The notes under the pieces are model-generated. The model made no database searches. It had not been told where the DNA came from and saw only the letters and a list, made by a program, of their open reading frames with translations. Shown in pieces: positions 39,822 to 51,198 of a DNA stretch of 64,000 nt. Position numbers and translations under genes: made by a program. Numbering within the stretch: position 1 is the stretch's first letter; each line of letters begins with the position of its first letter. Source of the DNA: Antedon mediterranea (taxonomy: Eukaryota; Animalia; Echinodermata); contig NC_092675.1 of assembly GCF_964355755.1 (NCBI RefSeq), positions 9,233,812 through 9,297,811 on the forward strand, given 5' to 3'.

Positions 39822-41238
39822 GGATTAATTAATACATGTATGCTTTAGTGTAGAACTATTAATCTCAAAATAAAAAATGATAAGGTATATCATTGTTTAC
39901 AAAATCATTCAATAGGGTTAAAGGTCGGAATGTTGATAACTAAACAATGAATTTATCCTAGTGTATTATTACTAACAAAGATCGGCACAAAAATGTTGTT
40001 TCTATGTATGTTAGTTATCGAGAACTGCTAATGCTAACAAAATACGGACAGAATTTGTAAAGATTGAAAAAAAATAGTATGTCAAAGGTAAAAAATATCA
40101 TTTCCGGTCGTTTTTAGCCAAACTTTTTTATTATCATAAATATAAATATGGGTATTCTGAACAATTTGTGACTAAAACCAAGTTTCTATGACAACCGGTT
40201 TTTGAGATAATGACAACATTTAAAGTTGAGGTCATAGGTCAAAAGTCCTACTTCCTGTCAGTTTTCACAAAAAACTTTCATTAGGGTGAATATAAAAATG
40301 CATATCGAGAGTACTTTGGCACAAAAATTATATTTCTATGTCTGTTAGTTATCGAGAACTGCTAATGCTCTAAAATATGGACAAAATTGTGTAAAAATGT
40401 AAATTATGTCAAAGGTAAAAAATATCATTTCCGACCTTTTTCGGCCGAACTTTTGCATTACCATGAATATAAATGTTGGTATTCTGCATAATTTGAGACT
40501 AAAATAAAGTTTCTATGACAACCGGTTTTTGAGATATGGACACCATTTAAAAGCAAGGTCATAGGTCAAAAATCATACTTCCCATAATTGTATACAAAAA
40601 ACTTTCATTAGAGCATATACAAACATACACATTCTGAGTACTTTGGTACCCAAATTATATTTCTACGACCTCTGGTTCCTGAGAAATACGAAAAAATGTT
40701 AATTTGTTAAAACCAACATGACCGACTAAATGGGTCAAAAACAACCCCATAGGACACGATTTGAAAATGTTAACAACCTGATCTGGTTACTAGACATACT
40801 TGGGATTATAAAAAAACACATTAAAAAAATATACCTCAGGGGTGCATGGGAGCCCCCATTTCCTACTCTACTAGTGTACTCTCGCACGAAAAATCATAAT
40901 AAATTGCACCTCTCGTTTGCCAGAAATGTCACTCACTCTATAGGCCTAGTGCGCTAGCAAACAGAGGATCGTAGCATATGCATTCGACCGGTAATAAAAC
41001 ATACGCGACTAACAATAGACCTATATATAGGATAACATTTTTGTTTTCGTTGCGAACGTCACGGGGAAGTCCCCGATGAAGGTACTTCTGGTACGGTATT
41101 ACATTCTAATAACTGTACTCAATTATTGTAAATTTATTAGCAATTGATAATTTTTGAAAGTTATACAAAAAATATGAAGCTGCTGCTATAATATATTAAA
41201 TTGTGTTATTTTGAATTAAATGCTAAATAAAGTCAGAT

Positions 41239-41280
41239 CATGGAGTAAAGAATACTCTTATACTTATTCTTTACTCCATG
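41239..41280. mobile_element. 42-bp CATG..CATG palindrome with 7-bp TSD (P-element-like footprint)
   Basis: GTCAGAT|catggagtaaagaata-10 nt-tattctttactccatg|GTCAGAT. Confidence 0.65.
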
Positions 41281-42761
41281 GTCAGATGTTAAAACCACAA
41301 TTTCCAAAATTCATTTTATTTATCCACTATAAACTTTACAAAAGTGTTGTTTAAACCACACTCCAAAATAAAACAAAGAAAATTATGATATGACATTTAC
41401 AGAAGGAAGCAAACTTTGCTCTGCTACCGGTATAACACGATTCAAGTTTCGGAACTTCCATAAATTACTACGGAAATTCAGCCTAATATTTACGGACGTA
41501 CGGAAAAACAGAACTATACGCACAATTATGATTTGGCCTAAAAACTGGCAATAAAAATGGACAAATCGATTGGCAATATGCCTAACATTTAAAAAGAATG
41601 AATATAGGCTATATTTTTTTTTTTTCGCAAAGTTCATATGTGAATGCTTGATCCATTAGAGGTAATCTGTAATAGTTTTTATTGCTTGTATTATAACAAG
41701 TTCATTTTGGATTTCCAGTAAATTACCAATGGTTTATTTAAGGTCAACACTGTAACTAATCCCTCACTATTCAATCAAAATGGTATTATTATGCTAGTAG
41801 GCCTATCCCTATTGTTGAAAAATGGATTGCGTGATATCAAAATGGATTGATGTAAAACGTAACAAAGATAAGATCTTGTCTGGTATTCATGCAGTGATGA
41901 AGCGGAGGATTATTGTTTTTAGCGTTCCATTTAGAATAATTTTTGTTACAAAGAAATATTTTGGTTGTGGAGGTCGTTAAATTTCTTGGCGCCAGCGTTA
42001 CTTCTTTTACCAATATTTTAACAATTAAGTTAACATCAAAACATGCAACAATGATAAAATGCCCTGCAACTCTGTAACTACTATATGACTATATCAAGTT
42101 CCGGGTCCGGTATAATTCTCTGTTACTACGGAAATTCGGTCTAATATTACGGACGTATACGTACGGAAATGATGATAAATAGGGTACTTCACGGAAAAAC
42201 AAAACTATACGCAAAATTATGACTTGGCCTTAAATTATGGAAAAACCCAATAATTATGAACAAATCGATGACCCATATAACGGGTTTTTCCCGAACACAG
42301 TGTGTGTTGGCCTCCTTTCGTACCTCTCATCAAGAGAGAAATACATCTCCCTGCTCTTATGACGCGCGCACCACAAGAAACTAGTCAATCAGAATTTTTT
42401 TCTGCGTATGCTCAGAAATTTATCTGCGCGCGGTATAGTAGGCCTATTGGTGACTGCTGTGCCAATTTACAAATATTCTCTTCCAGACTGGACTTCTGTA
42501 ACGTATAAATATGAATATTGTATACGATGAAATGGGACTCAATTTTAATTTAGTGGCAGAAACAACATTTAGTATGAAATTAAGGCAACACCCCTGGGTC
42601 TGCCCTGCATTGTGAAATAAAACGAACGGACGAATGATGGATTCACCAGCTTGTCTTTATGACATTAAAAGGATGTTTGCGCATGCGCTTCCTTGCTTTA
42701 TATTATTTTACTGGAAGCATAACGTTAAGTTAAACAATTTCTTTCTCAATGTATTTTTCAG

Positions 42762-42849
42762 GGATTGCTAATACCGGCGTTCTATTCCACTATAAAAAGA
42801 TGGATTGTTCCACAAGAACGAAGTACAATAATTTCTATTGGTCTTTCTG
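42762..42849 (+). CDS. SLC17-like exon 3
   Basis: tttcag|GGA...G|gtaaaa; GLLIPAFYSTIKRWIVPQERST (WxPxxERS motif). Confidence 0.9.
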
Positions 42850-42897
42850 GTAAAAAGAAAATAAATATTTATTTGAATCAACATAATTCTTCCTTAC

Positions 42898-43190
42898 ATA
42901 ATAATAATAATAGTCTGTTCTTATATAGCGCATATAAGCAGGCTCTCAATGCGCTTTACATAAAAAATAAAAGCAGGAAATGATAAATTAATGAAAAGCT
43001 TGTTGGAAAAGGAAAGTCTTGAGTTGAGTCTTAAATGAGTTAAGAGAAGTGCACTGTCTGATTGTGATAGGTAGGGAATTCCACAAAGTTGGCGCTGCCA
43101 CTGCCTACATGTCCTTGTCTAGGAACCACAAGTAGGCATTGGGAACCGGACCTAAGAGATCTAGTGGGCTGGTAACTCTGCACAAGCTCA
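42898..43190 (-). mobile_element. L2-clade LINE 3' end
   Basis: AVAAPTLWNSLPITIRQCTSLNSFKTQLKTFLF, then gtaaagcgcattgag...gcgctatataag and (ATT)n tail. Confidence 0.85.
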
Positions 43191-43450
43191 GATACCGTTT
43201 TAAAAATTGCCCGAAACGAAATTCATGTAGCACAAGCGTACTAATTCATGTTCATGTCATGGTGTCTCGTACAACATATCTTCCGATCATGTACAAAATG
43301 TTTTATTTTTATTTATTAAAAAAAACATTCTAACAGGAACAATGATTCCACCTACAGGTGATGTTATATCAAAAAATAAAATATATAAATTATGTATAAC
43401 GGTCACATGTATGGACTATTAATTGATAATTATATGGGGTTTCTTTACAG

Positions 43451-43540
43451 GTATGGGAATAGCTGAGGTTATTTGTTATCCTATATCAATATGGATTTCA
43501 TCCAGTTTTAGTGGATGGCCAATATCATATTACACTTACT
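43451..43540 (+). CDS. SLC17-like exon 4
   Basis: ttacag|GT ATG...T|gtgagt; GMGIAEVICYPISIWISSSFSGWPISYY. Confidence 0.9.
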
Positions 43541-43630
43541 GTGAGTTACATTTTTACAGTGTAGGCCTATTAATGTATTCCATTTTTATCACAACTATTG
43601 GTACTGACAAATTATTATTTTTCTTTATAG

Positions 43631-43758
43631 GTGCCTTTAGTGCTATTGTGTTGATAGTATTTATGATTTTTGTCTATGACGATCCTGAGGACGATCCTTT
43701 TATATCAAACAATGAACTTATATACTTAAAGAGCTTTAACGATACAGACAGTCCAAAG
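43631..43758 (+). CDS. SLC17-like exon 5
   Basis: ttatag|GT GCC...AAG|gtaagg; FVYDDPEDDPFISNNELIYL (DxPxxHPxISxxExxYI motif). Confidence 0.9.
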
Positions 43759-45073
43759 GTAAGGATGTACCACGTAATAGTCATGTGAATCAATGCCATG
43801 GGTACCATGATCTAGATACATACAGTGCAAAGGTAAGGATGTACCACGTAATAGTCATGTGAATCAATGCCATGGGTACCATGATCTAGATACATACAGT
43901 GCAAAGGTAAGGATGTACCACGTAATAGTCATGTGAATCAATGCCATGGGTACCATGATCTAGATACATACAGTGCAAAGGTAAGGATGTACCACGTAAT
44001 AGTCATGTGAATCAATGCCATGGGTACCATGATCTAGATACATACAGTGCAAAGGTAAGGATGTACCACGTAATAGTCATGTGAATCAATGCCATGGGTA
44101 CCATGATCTAGATACATACAGTGCAAAGGTAAGGATGTACCACGTAATAGTCATGTGAATCAATGCCATGGGTACCATGATCTAGATACATACAGTGCAA
44201 AGGTAAGGATGTACCACGTAATAGTCATGTGAATCAATGCCATGGGTACCATGATCTAGATACATACAGTGCAAAGGTAAGGATGTACCACGTAATAGTC
44301 ATGTGAATCAATGCCAGAAGTACCATGATCTAGATACATACAGTGCAAAGGTAAGGATGTACCACGCAATAGTCATGTGAATCAATGCCATGGGTACCAT
44401 GATCTAGATACATACAGTGCAAAGGTAAGGATGTACCACGTAATAGTCATGTGAATCAATGCCATAAGTACCATGATCTAGATACATACAGTGCAAAGGT
44501 ATGGATGTACCACGTAATAGTCATGTGAATCAATGCCATAGGTACCATGATCTAGATACATACAGTGCAAAGGTAAGGATGTACCACGTAATAGTCATGT
44601 GAATCAATGCCATGGGTATCATGATCTAGATACATACAGTGCAAAAGTAAGGATGTACCACGTAATAGTCATGTGAATCAATGCCATGGGTACCATGATC
44701 TAGATACATACAGTGCAAAGGTAAGGATGTACCACGTAATAGTCATGTGAATCAATGCCATAGGTACCATGATCTAGATACATACAGTGCAAAGGTAAGG
44801 ATGTACCACGTAATAGTCATGTGAATCAATGCCATAAGTACCATGATCTAGATACATACAGTGCAAAGGTATGGATGTACCACGTAATAGTCATGTGAAT
44901 CAATGCCATAAGTACCATGATCTAGATACATACAGTGCAAAGGTAAGGATGTACCACGTAATAGTCATGTGAATCAATGCCATAAGTACCATGATCTAGA
45001 TACATACAGTGCAAAGGTAAGGATGTACCACGTAATAGTCATGTGAATCAATGCCATAGGTACCATGATCTAG
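43741..45073 (+). repeat. Minisatellite, 18 copies of a 74-bp unit spanning the exon 5/intron 5 junction
   Basis: unit gatacatacagtgcaaag|gtaaggatgtaccacgtaatagtcatgtgaatcaatgccatgggtaccatgatcta. Confidence 0.97.
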
Positions 45074-45321
45074 AAAGCCTTTAAAAAAAATTTATATTGT
45101 AGCACTCTCTGAATGAATATGAATCACTAATAACAACACCCACTCGTCATATTTAAATAACAAAAGAGCGAGTACAAATTTATCTTTAAAAAACGTAACT
45201 TTTCTAACAAATTAATAATGTAATTCCATTAATTTGCTGGCGAAGCCGTCTCATTAAACGGTTTTTTTTTTGTCTTATTTTTTTTAAATTTCAATTAATA
45301 TATATACATATCTTTGTTCAG

Positions 45322-45474
45322 GATACATATAATGTTCCATTTTGCGATCTGATGACGTCAACTGCCGTGTGGTCAATAATCATTGGTTTCACGGTATACG
45401 TTATAACTGTTGTTTTTATCTTAACTGAAGCACCCGTTTTTGCTTCACTGATATTAGGATTTGATACAAAAAAT
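45322..45474 (+). CDS. SLC17-like exon 6
   Basis: gttcag|GAT...AAT|gtaagt; VPFCDLMTSTAVWSIII...LTEAPVFASLILGFD. Confidence 0.9.
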
Positions 45475-45635
45475 GTAAGTGAATCTTTATTGTGTATTCA
45501 ATGTTTTCAGCACTGGTATCATATATAAACAAACCAGTAAAATTGGCCTTTATAGGCCTACTGTTTAGGCCTATGATTAATGTTCTGTCCTTATTTCATA
45601 GTATAATAATCGATTTGTGTTTTGTTACTGTGTAG

Positions 45636-45768
45636 ATTGGTCTAATAACGTCGATTTCAGCTATTTTAGAATATATTGTTACTATTCTGTCTGGAATATG
45701 TGCTGACATCATCATTCGACGAAAATATCTGAATGTTATCAACACTAGAAAGATGTTTATGATTCTAA
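45636..45768 (+). CDS. SLC17-like exon 7
   Basis: tgtag|ATT...A|gtaaga; IGLITSIS...SGICADIIIRRKYLNVINTRKMF. Confidence 0.9.
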
Positions 45769-46054
45769 GTAAGATATTATCTACATCTGTCAACAAAATT
45801 CTTTTTTCATAAGATTATTCCTGGGCAGATGAAAATTCATGACATAAATGTATATTCAGTTGTATATTCACTAGCCCATAAGTCTGCGATCTAAGATTTT
45901 AAACTTTTGTTTTCTAACTTTACTTCTTACTAACAGGTACATAACAAATTACTAATTTCCCAGTCCAACTTGTTTTCTTGTTACTTATTTTGTTTCTTTG
46001 TCTTTTATGACATAATAATCTATTTATGTATTAAACATTCTCTTCTTAAAACAG

Positions 46055-46290
46055 CTACTGGTATACCTGCCTTGTGCATGTTTTGTATTGGGTACTTCAA
46101 TGAAATAGTGTCAATGACACTGCTTACATTGTCGTTTGGATGTATTGGAAGTTATACGACAAGCATCATGACAAACATTATAGAAGTATCAAAGGAAAGA
46201 TCGGAAGTGATCATGGGAATAATGTCATTTACGGGACATGGTGCTGCCTTCATCATTATACTGCTTTTTGGAATGTTGATACAAGATGGT
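46055..46290 (+). CDS. SLC17-like exon 8
   Basis: aacag|CT ACT...GGT|gtaagt; GIPALCMFCIGY...NIIEVSKERSEVIMGI. Confidence 0.88.
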
Positions 46291-46418
46291 GTAAGTTGTA
46301 TACATAGTCTATGTTCCAGACCGAAATTAGTAAAAAGATATACATTTTGGCACATATGGCGTTCCATACGTATAATACTTGAGCTCACTAGAAAAATCGA
46401 AACGCCGACTGGTGGACT

Positions 46419-46515
46419 ACAAGGCCACGCATACATACATGCAAATTTGAGTTAGAGTGTTTACCGACCAACCGAACGACCGACCGACCATCCGACCGAC
46501 ATAGTGAGCTGTAGA
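46419..46515 (-). mobile_element. Partial mini HINE-like element
   Basis: caaggccac...(GACC)n gacatagtgagctgtaga. Confidence 0.55.
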
Positions 46516-46578
46516 AAACAATACAGACATGTGGTTTAGTCGTTAGCCAATATAGAAGGCATGTATTGAATTTTGCTA

Positions 46579-47232
46579 GGGTGTCTAGAAAACTCAGATC
46601 TTAGATATATCTGAGTTTTCTAGATCTAGAAAACCCAGATATCTGACATTTCTAGATCTAGAAAACTCAGATATCAATATCTCAGACTCAGATATTGGTT
46701 GGTAGGTCATTGAGATCATTCAATTATTAATAAGAAGGTAGGTCATTTGAAATACTAGAGTATTATTAAAACTGATTACTGTACGTTTTCTTACTAATAT
46801 TGTAAGAAGTTAAGTAGAAGCGGCCTACGGCTTAAATCATAAAGAAAAATAAATACAGTGCACGTTACCGTTTAAAATATAGGCTTAAAAATTAGGTATA
46901 TACGAGTTGGTGTGGGTACGAGTTGGTTGAGGTACGAGTTATCCAAGTTGGGAATAGGTAGGAGTTATTTTAGGTACGAGCAGGCCTACTCTTCGCGATA
47001 CATTGCGATAGCGCCCACACGTTGAGCATTGAATTGAGTTTGCTTAGCTAGACAGGCCTAACATGCTAAGCCTACATTTTAAAAGGTGTATACTGTATTT
47101 CTTTATGATTTAAGTCGTAGGCCGCTACTACAAGTAAGAAAACGTATACTACTGTAGTATTTCAAACAAGCTACCCTCTGATTAATACTGTAATAGAACG
47201 ATCCATTTGATAATCTGGGTTTTTGAAACTAG
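46579..47232. mobile_element. Foldback/MITE-like element with inverted arms
   Basis: starts gggtgtctagaaa (cf. MULE end); arms gcggcctacggcttaaatcataaagaaa / tttctttatgatttaagtcgtaggccgc. Confidence 0.55.
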
Positions 47233-47715
47233 AGATAAATGCCATGTGTTGCGTCTGGTCAGATGAAAAGGGCTATCCGTACATTTATAGATGTTTTACA
47301 GCTACACAATAATTAAAAGATGAAGGTGTTAACAAAATGACCAGGTACAATAACATGCAGTGCTTGTTGAATTCATGGCCTGGTGAAGGAATTTCAATGT
47401 ACTGGTGTACATGTCTTGGGCTGTTTTGATGTCACTTGCACATAATTGTGTGTTATTTTCCTCCTGTGCTTGGAGGATGACCGTTGTTGATGAAGGATTC
47501 TGGTGGTTAAAGGATGCATCCTCTATTTGCATACCCTATTTGCTATTGGCATTAAACTTAGTCCATTATTAATTATTATTATTTAATTTATATACCACTA
47601 GCAAAATCATCAAAGCCCTTTTACCCCCCTTTTACATACAAAAGACTCAACAGTGAGTTATGCGATTTTACTTTCAATCATATCATGCGCTAATAAAATA
47701 ATTTTGTTCTTGCAG

Positions 47716-47877
47716 AATACAGCGAGTCAATGGTCTTTGATGTTTAGAATAATTTCCGCCATCAATCTATTTGGAATGATTTTCTTTCTAATGTTTGCAA
47801 AAGCAGAACAACTAACCAAATCAGATGTAAATATTACAAAGCAAGAGATGAAATCTTATAAGACTATAAAAGATTAA
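47716..47877 (+). CDS. SLC17-like exon 9 (terminal)
   Basis: ttgcag|AAT...TAA; QWSLMFRIISAINLFGMIFFLMFAKAEQ; nine exons total 1389 nt in one open frame. Confidence 0.9.
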   Translation, partial: NTASQWSLMFRIISAINLFGMIFFLMFAKAEQLTKSDVNITKQEMKSYKTIKD

Positions 47878-48490
47878 ACAATATTATAATATACAATAAT
47901 TCAAATCAAAATCAATTTATTACATAAAACTAAGGATATGTACAAATATTTCATCAAAAAGTTATGGAAAAGGTAACTCAAAATAAGCAGAGACGCTAAA
48001 ATATACGGTTATGACGGTTAGATGCGCCTTAAATTCCATTCAATTCGTGGTAATAAAACTCACCAATGTAATAGACGAAATGAGAAAAGACTATATATTA
48101 TACAATAAAATCTTTTACTTTTTGACATTGTACCACCTAATCATGGACGGATCACGACGTCATATTAGTGTAATCAATCAAGTATACACTTTTTGTTCGA
48201 ATAATATTATTTGAATAGATAAATAATTCAGTAGAGATATCTGGCTAGTATAACACTTCTTACAAACAATAGTTTTACTTTTAACTCTTAATTTTTTAAC
48301 TCCTAATTTTTTAACTCTTGCTTTTTAACTTTTAATCAAACTGAACCATTACCCAAAAATAAGAATCAATAATTGTTAAAGAACAACAAAAACGTCTCTA
48401 CCACAATTGATCCGAAACGAATAGAACTAAACAAAGAAGGTTAACGATTATACTTTTGAAAACTATATTAAATAGCACTGCAGTTTCAAA

Positions 48491-48682
48491 ATGAAGCGAT
48501 ATTTACTAGCATTGATTTGTTGTTTTGTCTTTATTAATGCTTATTGCGTACGAACAGATATTAATTAATAAATATTACAATTATAAAAATGGTAAGACCG
48601 TTGAAATCTAAAAAGAGACAGAAATCGAATGAAAATAATTATTATTTCATTTATTTCAAGTAACAATCTACATATCAACTCG
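48491..48682 (+). pseudogene. Disrupted exon 1 of a tandem SLC17-like paralog
   Basis: ttcaaaATGAAGCGATAT as at 34601; MKRYLLALICCFVFINAYCVRTDIN* with a small insertion; ends tcg|gtaaat. Confidence 0.8.
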
Positions 48683-49299
48683 GTAAATTATGTTATAAAA
48701 ATAGTTTACAAAGAATGAATGTAAACGCAGAATAAAGCCCTGGATTAGTGTGTCCTCGCACAATTATCTATATATAAATTTACGTAAGGGCAAAAATCGG
48801 TAAATCGCGCGTTATTTCTAGAATGTTTACTCGATGGGTATATAAAGTTCGTACTTTCGGTACTGATTTTAACCACCTGATGTAACCCTGTTTACTAATT
48901 AAATTAAGTTAGATAATTAGATATTGACAAATAAAACGAATTTAGGTTAAACGATTTGCCGCAAATAAGGGTGTTTTCCGATCGCGGTATACACTGTCTA
49001 ATGGTTGTTCATCTTGAAAAATACCCGCACACAATAATACGAGGATACTTCGCATTTACCTATCTCCTCCTACGATAATTGTTTTTGATATGAGAAAACC
49101 GGTTGAACAGCTAGAGTACAGTATCATAATTTTGAAGACAATAAACAATACTATTTTAATAGATTTTGAGGGCGTATAACATGTAAGGTGTTAGCAGTCA
49201 ATACTTGTACTTACTTTAGGGATCCATTAACATTTAAACTATTTTGTTGTACTAAAAACGTTTCTACAAGTGTTTTAAAAGTGGTGGTTGAAGTGTTGG

Positions 49300-50060
49300 T
49301 CAGTAATTTTTAAATTATGAGTGGAAAAAAGGAGAAAATCTGTAAGCCAACCACCGCCGGCGCCACAACCAAGTGCTAAGCCGCTTTTCAAGGGCCTGGA
49401 GGCTGCCACGCCCAAATCTGATGAAGAATTCAGGGCAGAAGTTATGGGTAAGCTAGATAAGATCATTGATTATATAGAAGTATTAACCAAACGAGTTGAT
49501 GCTCTGGAGTTAAAACTCTCAGAAGTTAAAGAAGACATCGTTCAAAACAACTCTAAAAAGGAATAGTAAAGTAATCATGAAGTGATGTTTGATGAGCTAA
49601 ATAAAACAATCAAGGCTCAGAAAAGTGAAATATTCATATTTCTTTTAACACAAGTATGTTCGAAGACAATTCTTAACGAACACCTTAGTAGGCTATTTGG
49701 TGCTGAATAGGTTTTCGAGTTCAATTCTACGACGACGATTCGAATGACTCCAAATTACTGCCATACATGTCGCCTGGTGCAAGGACGACACTGCCCAATT
49801 TTGGTGAAAGCCCGGACCACGGTCCCGATTCTGGAGCACTTTTTAGAATTATTATCAGACCTGCTAGTGTTAAAAGATAGGACAACATTTTCAAAAGACG
49901 GTAAGCAGTCTTAAATTAACAAGTAAACAAAAATTGCATTTTCTCGAGAACTAGGCCTACTTGTCCAAAAAACTTCATTTTTGTACAAGAGGCAAGAGTT
50001 ATAATTTGTGATTTGTAATTTTAAAACATAATTAGATTTAATGTACAGGTTTTTTGATGC
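49300..50060 (+). mobile_element. Probable degenerate LINE ORF1 (coiled-coil) remnant
   Basis: KRRKSVS...LDKIIDYIEVLTKRVDALELKLSEVKE, later cat..cgcctg and PILVK traces; stops. Confidence 0.4.
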
Positions 50061-50269
50061 GAATAGTTTAAAAAACCTATTTCTTTTCAAATTCACCCGT
50101 GTGTTTTACCCGTTGCTGTTCTATTGTTAGTCAACTGAAGCTATTGTTAATTGAAAGGCTTGTTACATAACCATTACACCAAACTCGCATACACGTGCTT
50201 GTAGTGAAATTAGCCTAAATCACAAACAGCATTTAGACATACAAATATAATATATATATATATATATAT

Positions 50270-51195
50270 AAAATAACAGCAGAAAACTTGGTTACTTCAT
50301 TGTTTTAATCACTACAAATTTGTTTCGTACGACCAGCATGTAGCTGGCCGCACTCTTCAGGTGAAATATAAAACATAAGTGACACAGTTGTCTCATAGTG
50401 CTTAATAGAAATGAGTCATCAGGAAGTCGTATACAATAGCCTATTGTTTTAGATAAACTATTTGGATCTGCAATTTAGTAAGATTTTTTTCCTATGTCTA
50501 CAAGTAGAGGCTAACTCGTTCTTACGGTTCAGTGAGCATAGCTCTGGTTGACATATAATAATATACTTTTCATATATACATAAATTACATCTTTTGTTAA
50601 TATTTGAGTAAGGTTTGCATTTCTTTATAATTTTCCATTTAATTGAGTAATTTGTTTTAGAGTCTTTAAGTGTCCATATATATTTACTGAGTTCCGTTGC
50701 GTTTCTTAGTTTTTCGTTCCGGAATGAAGACGTATGGTTTCTGTATCTGGTTTTAAACTGGTTTTCAGTTAGTCCGACATATGTTTCTTCTTTTGATGAA
50801 TCTTCTATCTTTACTGTAGCTTGGTAAACTACACCTTTTGTTAGGCAGTTACCTGGGAGCGGGCATTCATTGGGATTGCGGCAGTTACATCCGCTTGTTT
50901 TCGCGTTGGTTTCAGTAGACTTTTCTTTGGCTATCACACAATTACTTTGTCTACGCTGGGCATGCAACTGTAGCTTAGTTTCAAGGTATTTCTGTTAAAT
51001 ATTTTTCTGAGCTTGTTGCCGGCAGGAAAACAATCTTCTACTATAGCTAAAAACTTGTGGCCGATGTTGGTTGCTACGTTTTTGCTGAATGGTGGGTTAA
51101 ACCAAATTATGTTTCTGGTACGTGATTTTTTGGGCTTCTGCTGTTCAGCATTGAACTCAAGTTGATGACGTATCCGCTTTCTTTGAGGGCTTCCT
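50270..51195 (-). mobile_element. Penelope-like element, 3' part (RT thumb, linker, GIY-YIG endonuclease, pLTR)
   Basis: IIWFNPPFS, LSYSCMP, CNCR..CPLPGNCL, VVYQA...YVGLTE..FKTRYRNH, CNLC..EK, LNRKNEL. Confidence 0.92.
50309..50364 (-). ncRNA. Type I hammerhead ribozyme, intact core
   Basis: UCAC CUGAAGA GUGCGGCCAGC-uacau-GCUGGUCGUAC GAAA CAAAUUUG UA GUGA. Confidence 0.88.
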
Positions 51196-51198
51196 GGT

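Larger units (their letters stand above)
35668..40873 (+). mobile_element. Academ-like DNA transposon, internally deleted, in SLC17 intron 2
   Basis: ~800-bp TIRs with TAG...CTA ends (tagtctagtaggaaatggggg / cccccatttcctactctacta), flanks gta/gtg, internal transposase remnant. Confidence 0.8.

Noticed and set aside
41051-41095. ggggaagtcccc (MRP-like) and ccgatgaaggtac (hammerhead-like)
   Set aside because: Remaining conserved elements absent; a similar motif at ~26563-26590 points to a dispersed repeat
43741-45073. CRISPR-like appearance of the 74-bp array (also the 40- and 68-bp arrays)
   Set aside because: Units repeat head-to-tail with no unique spacers, there are no cas genes, and the context is eukaryotic
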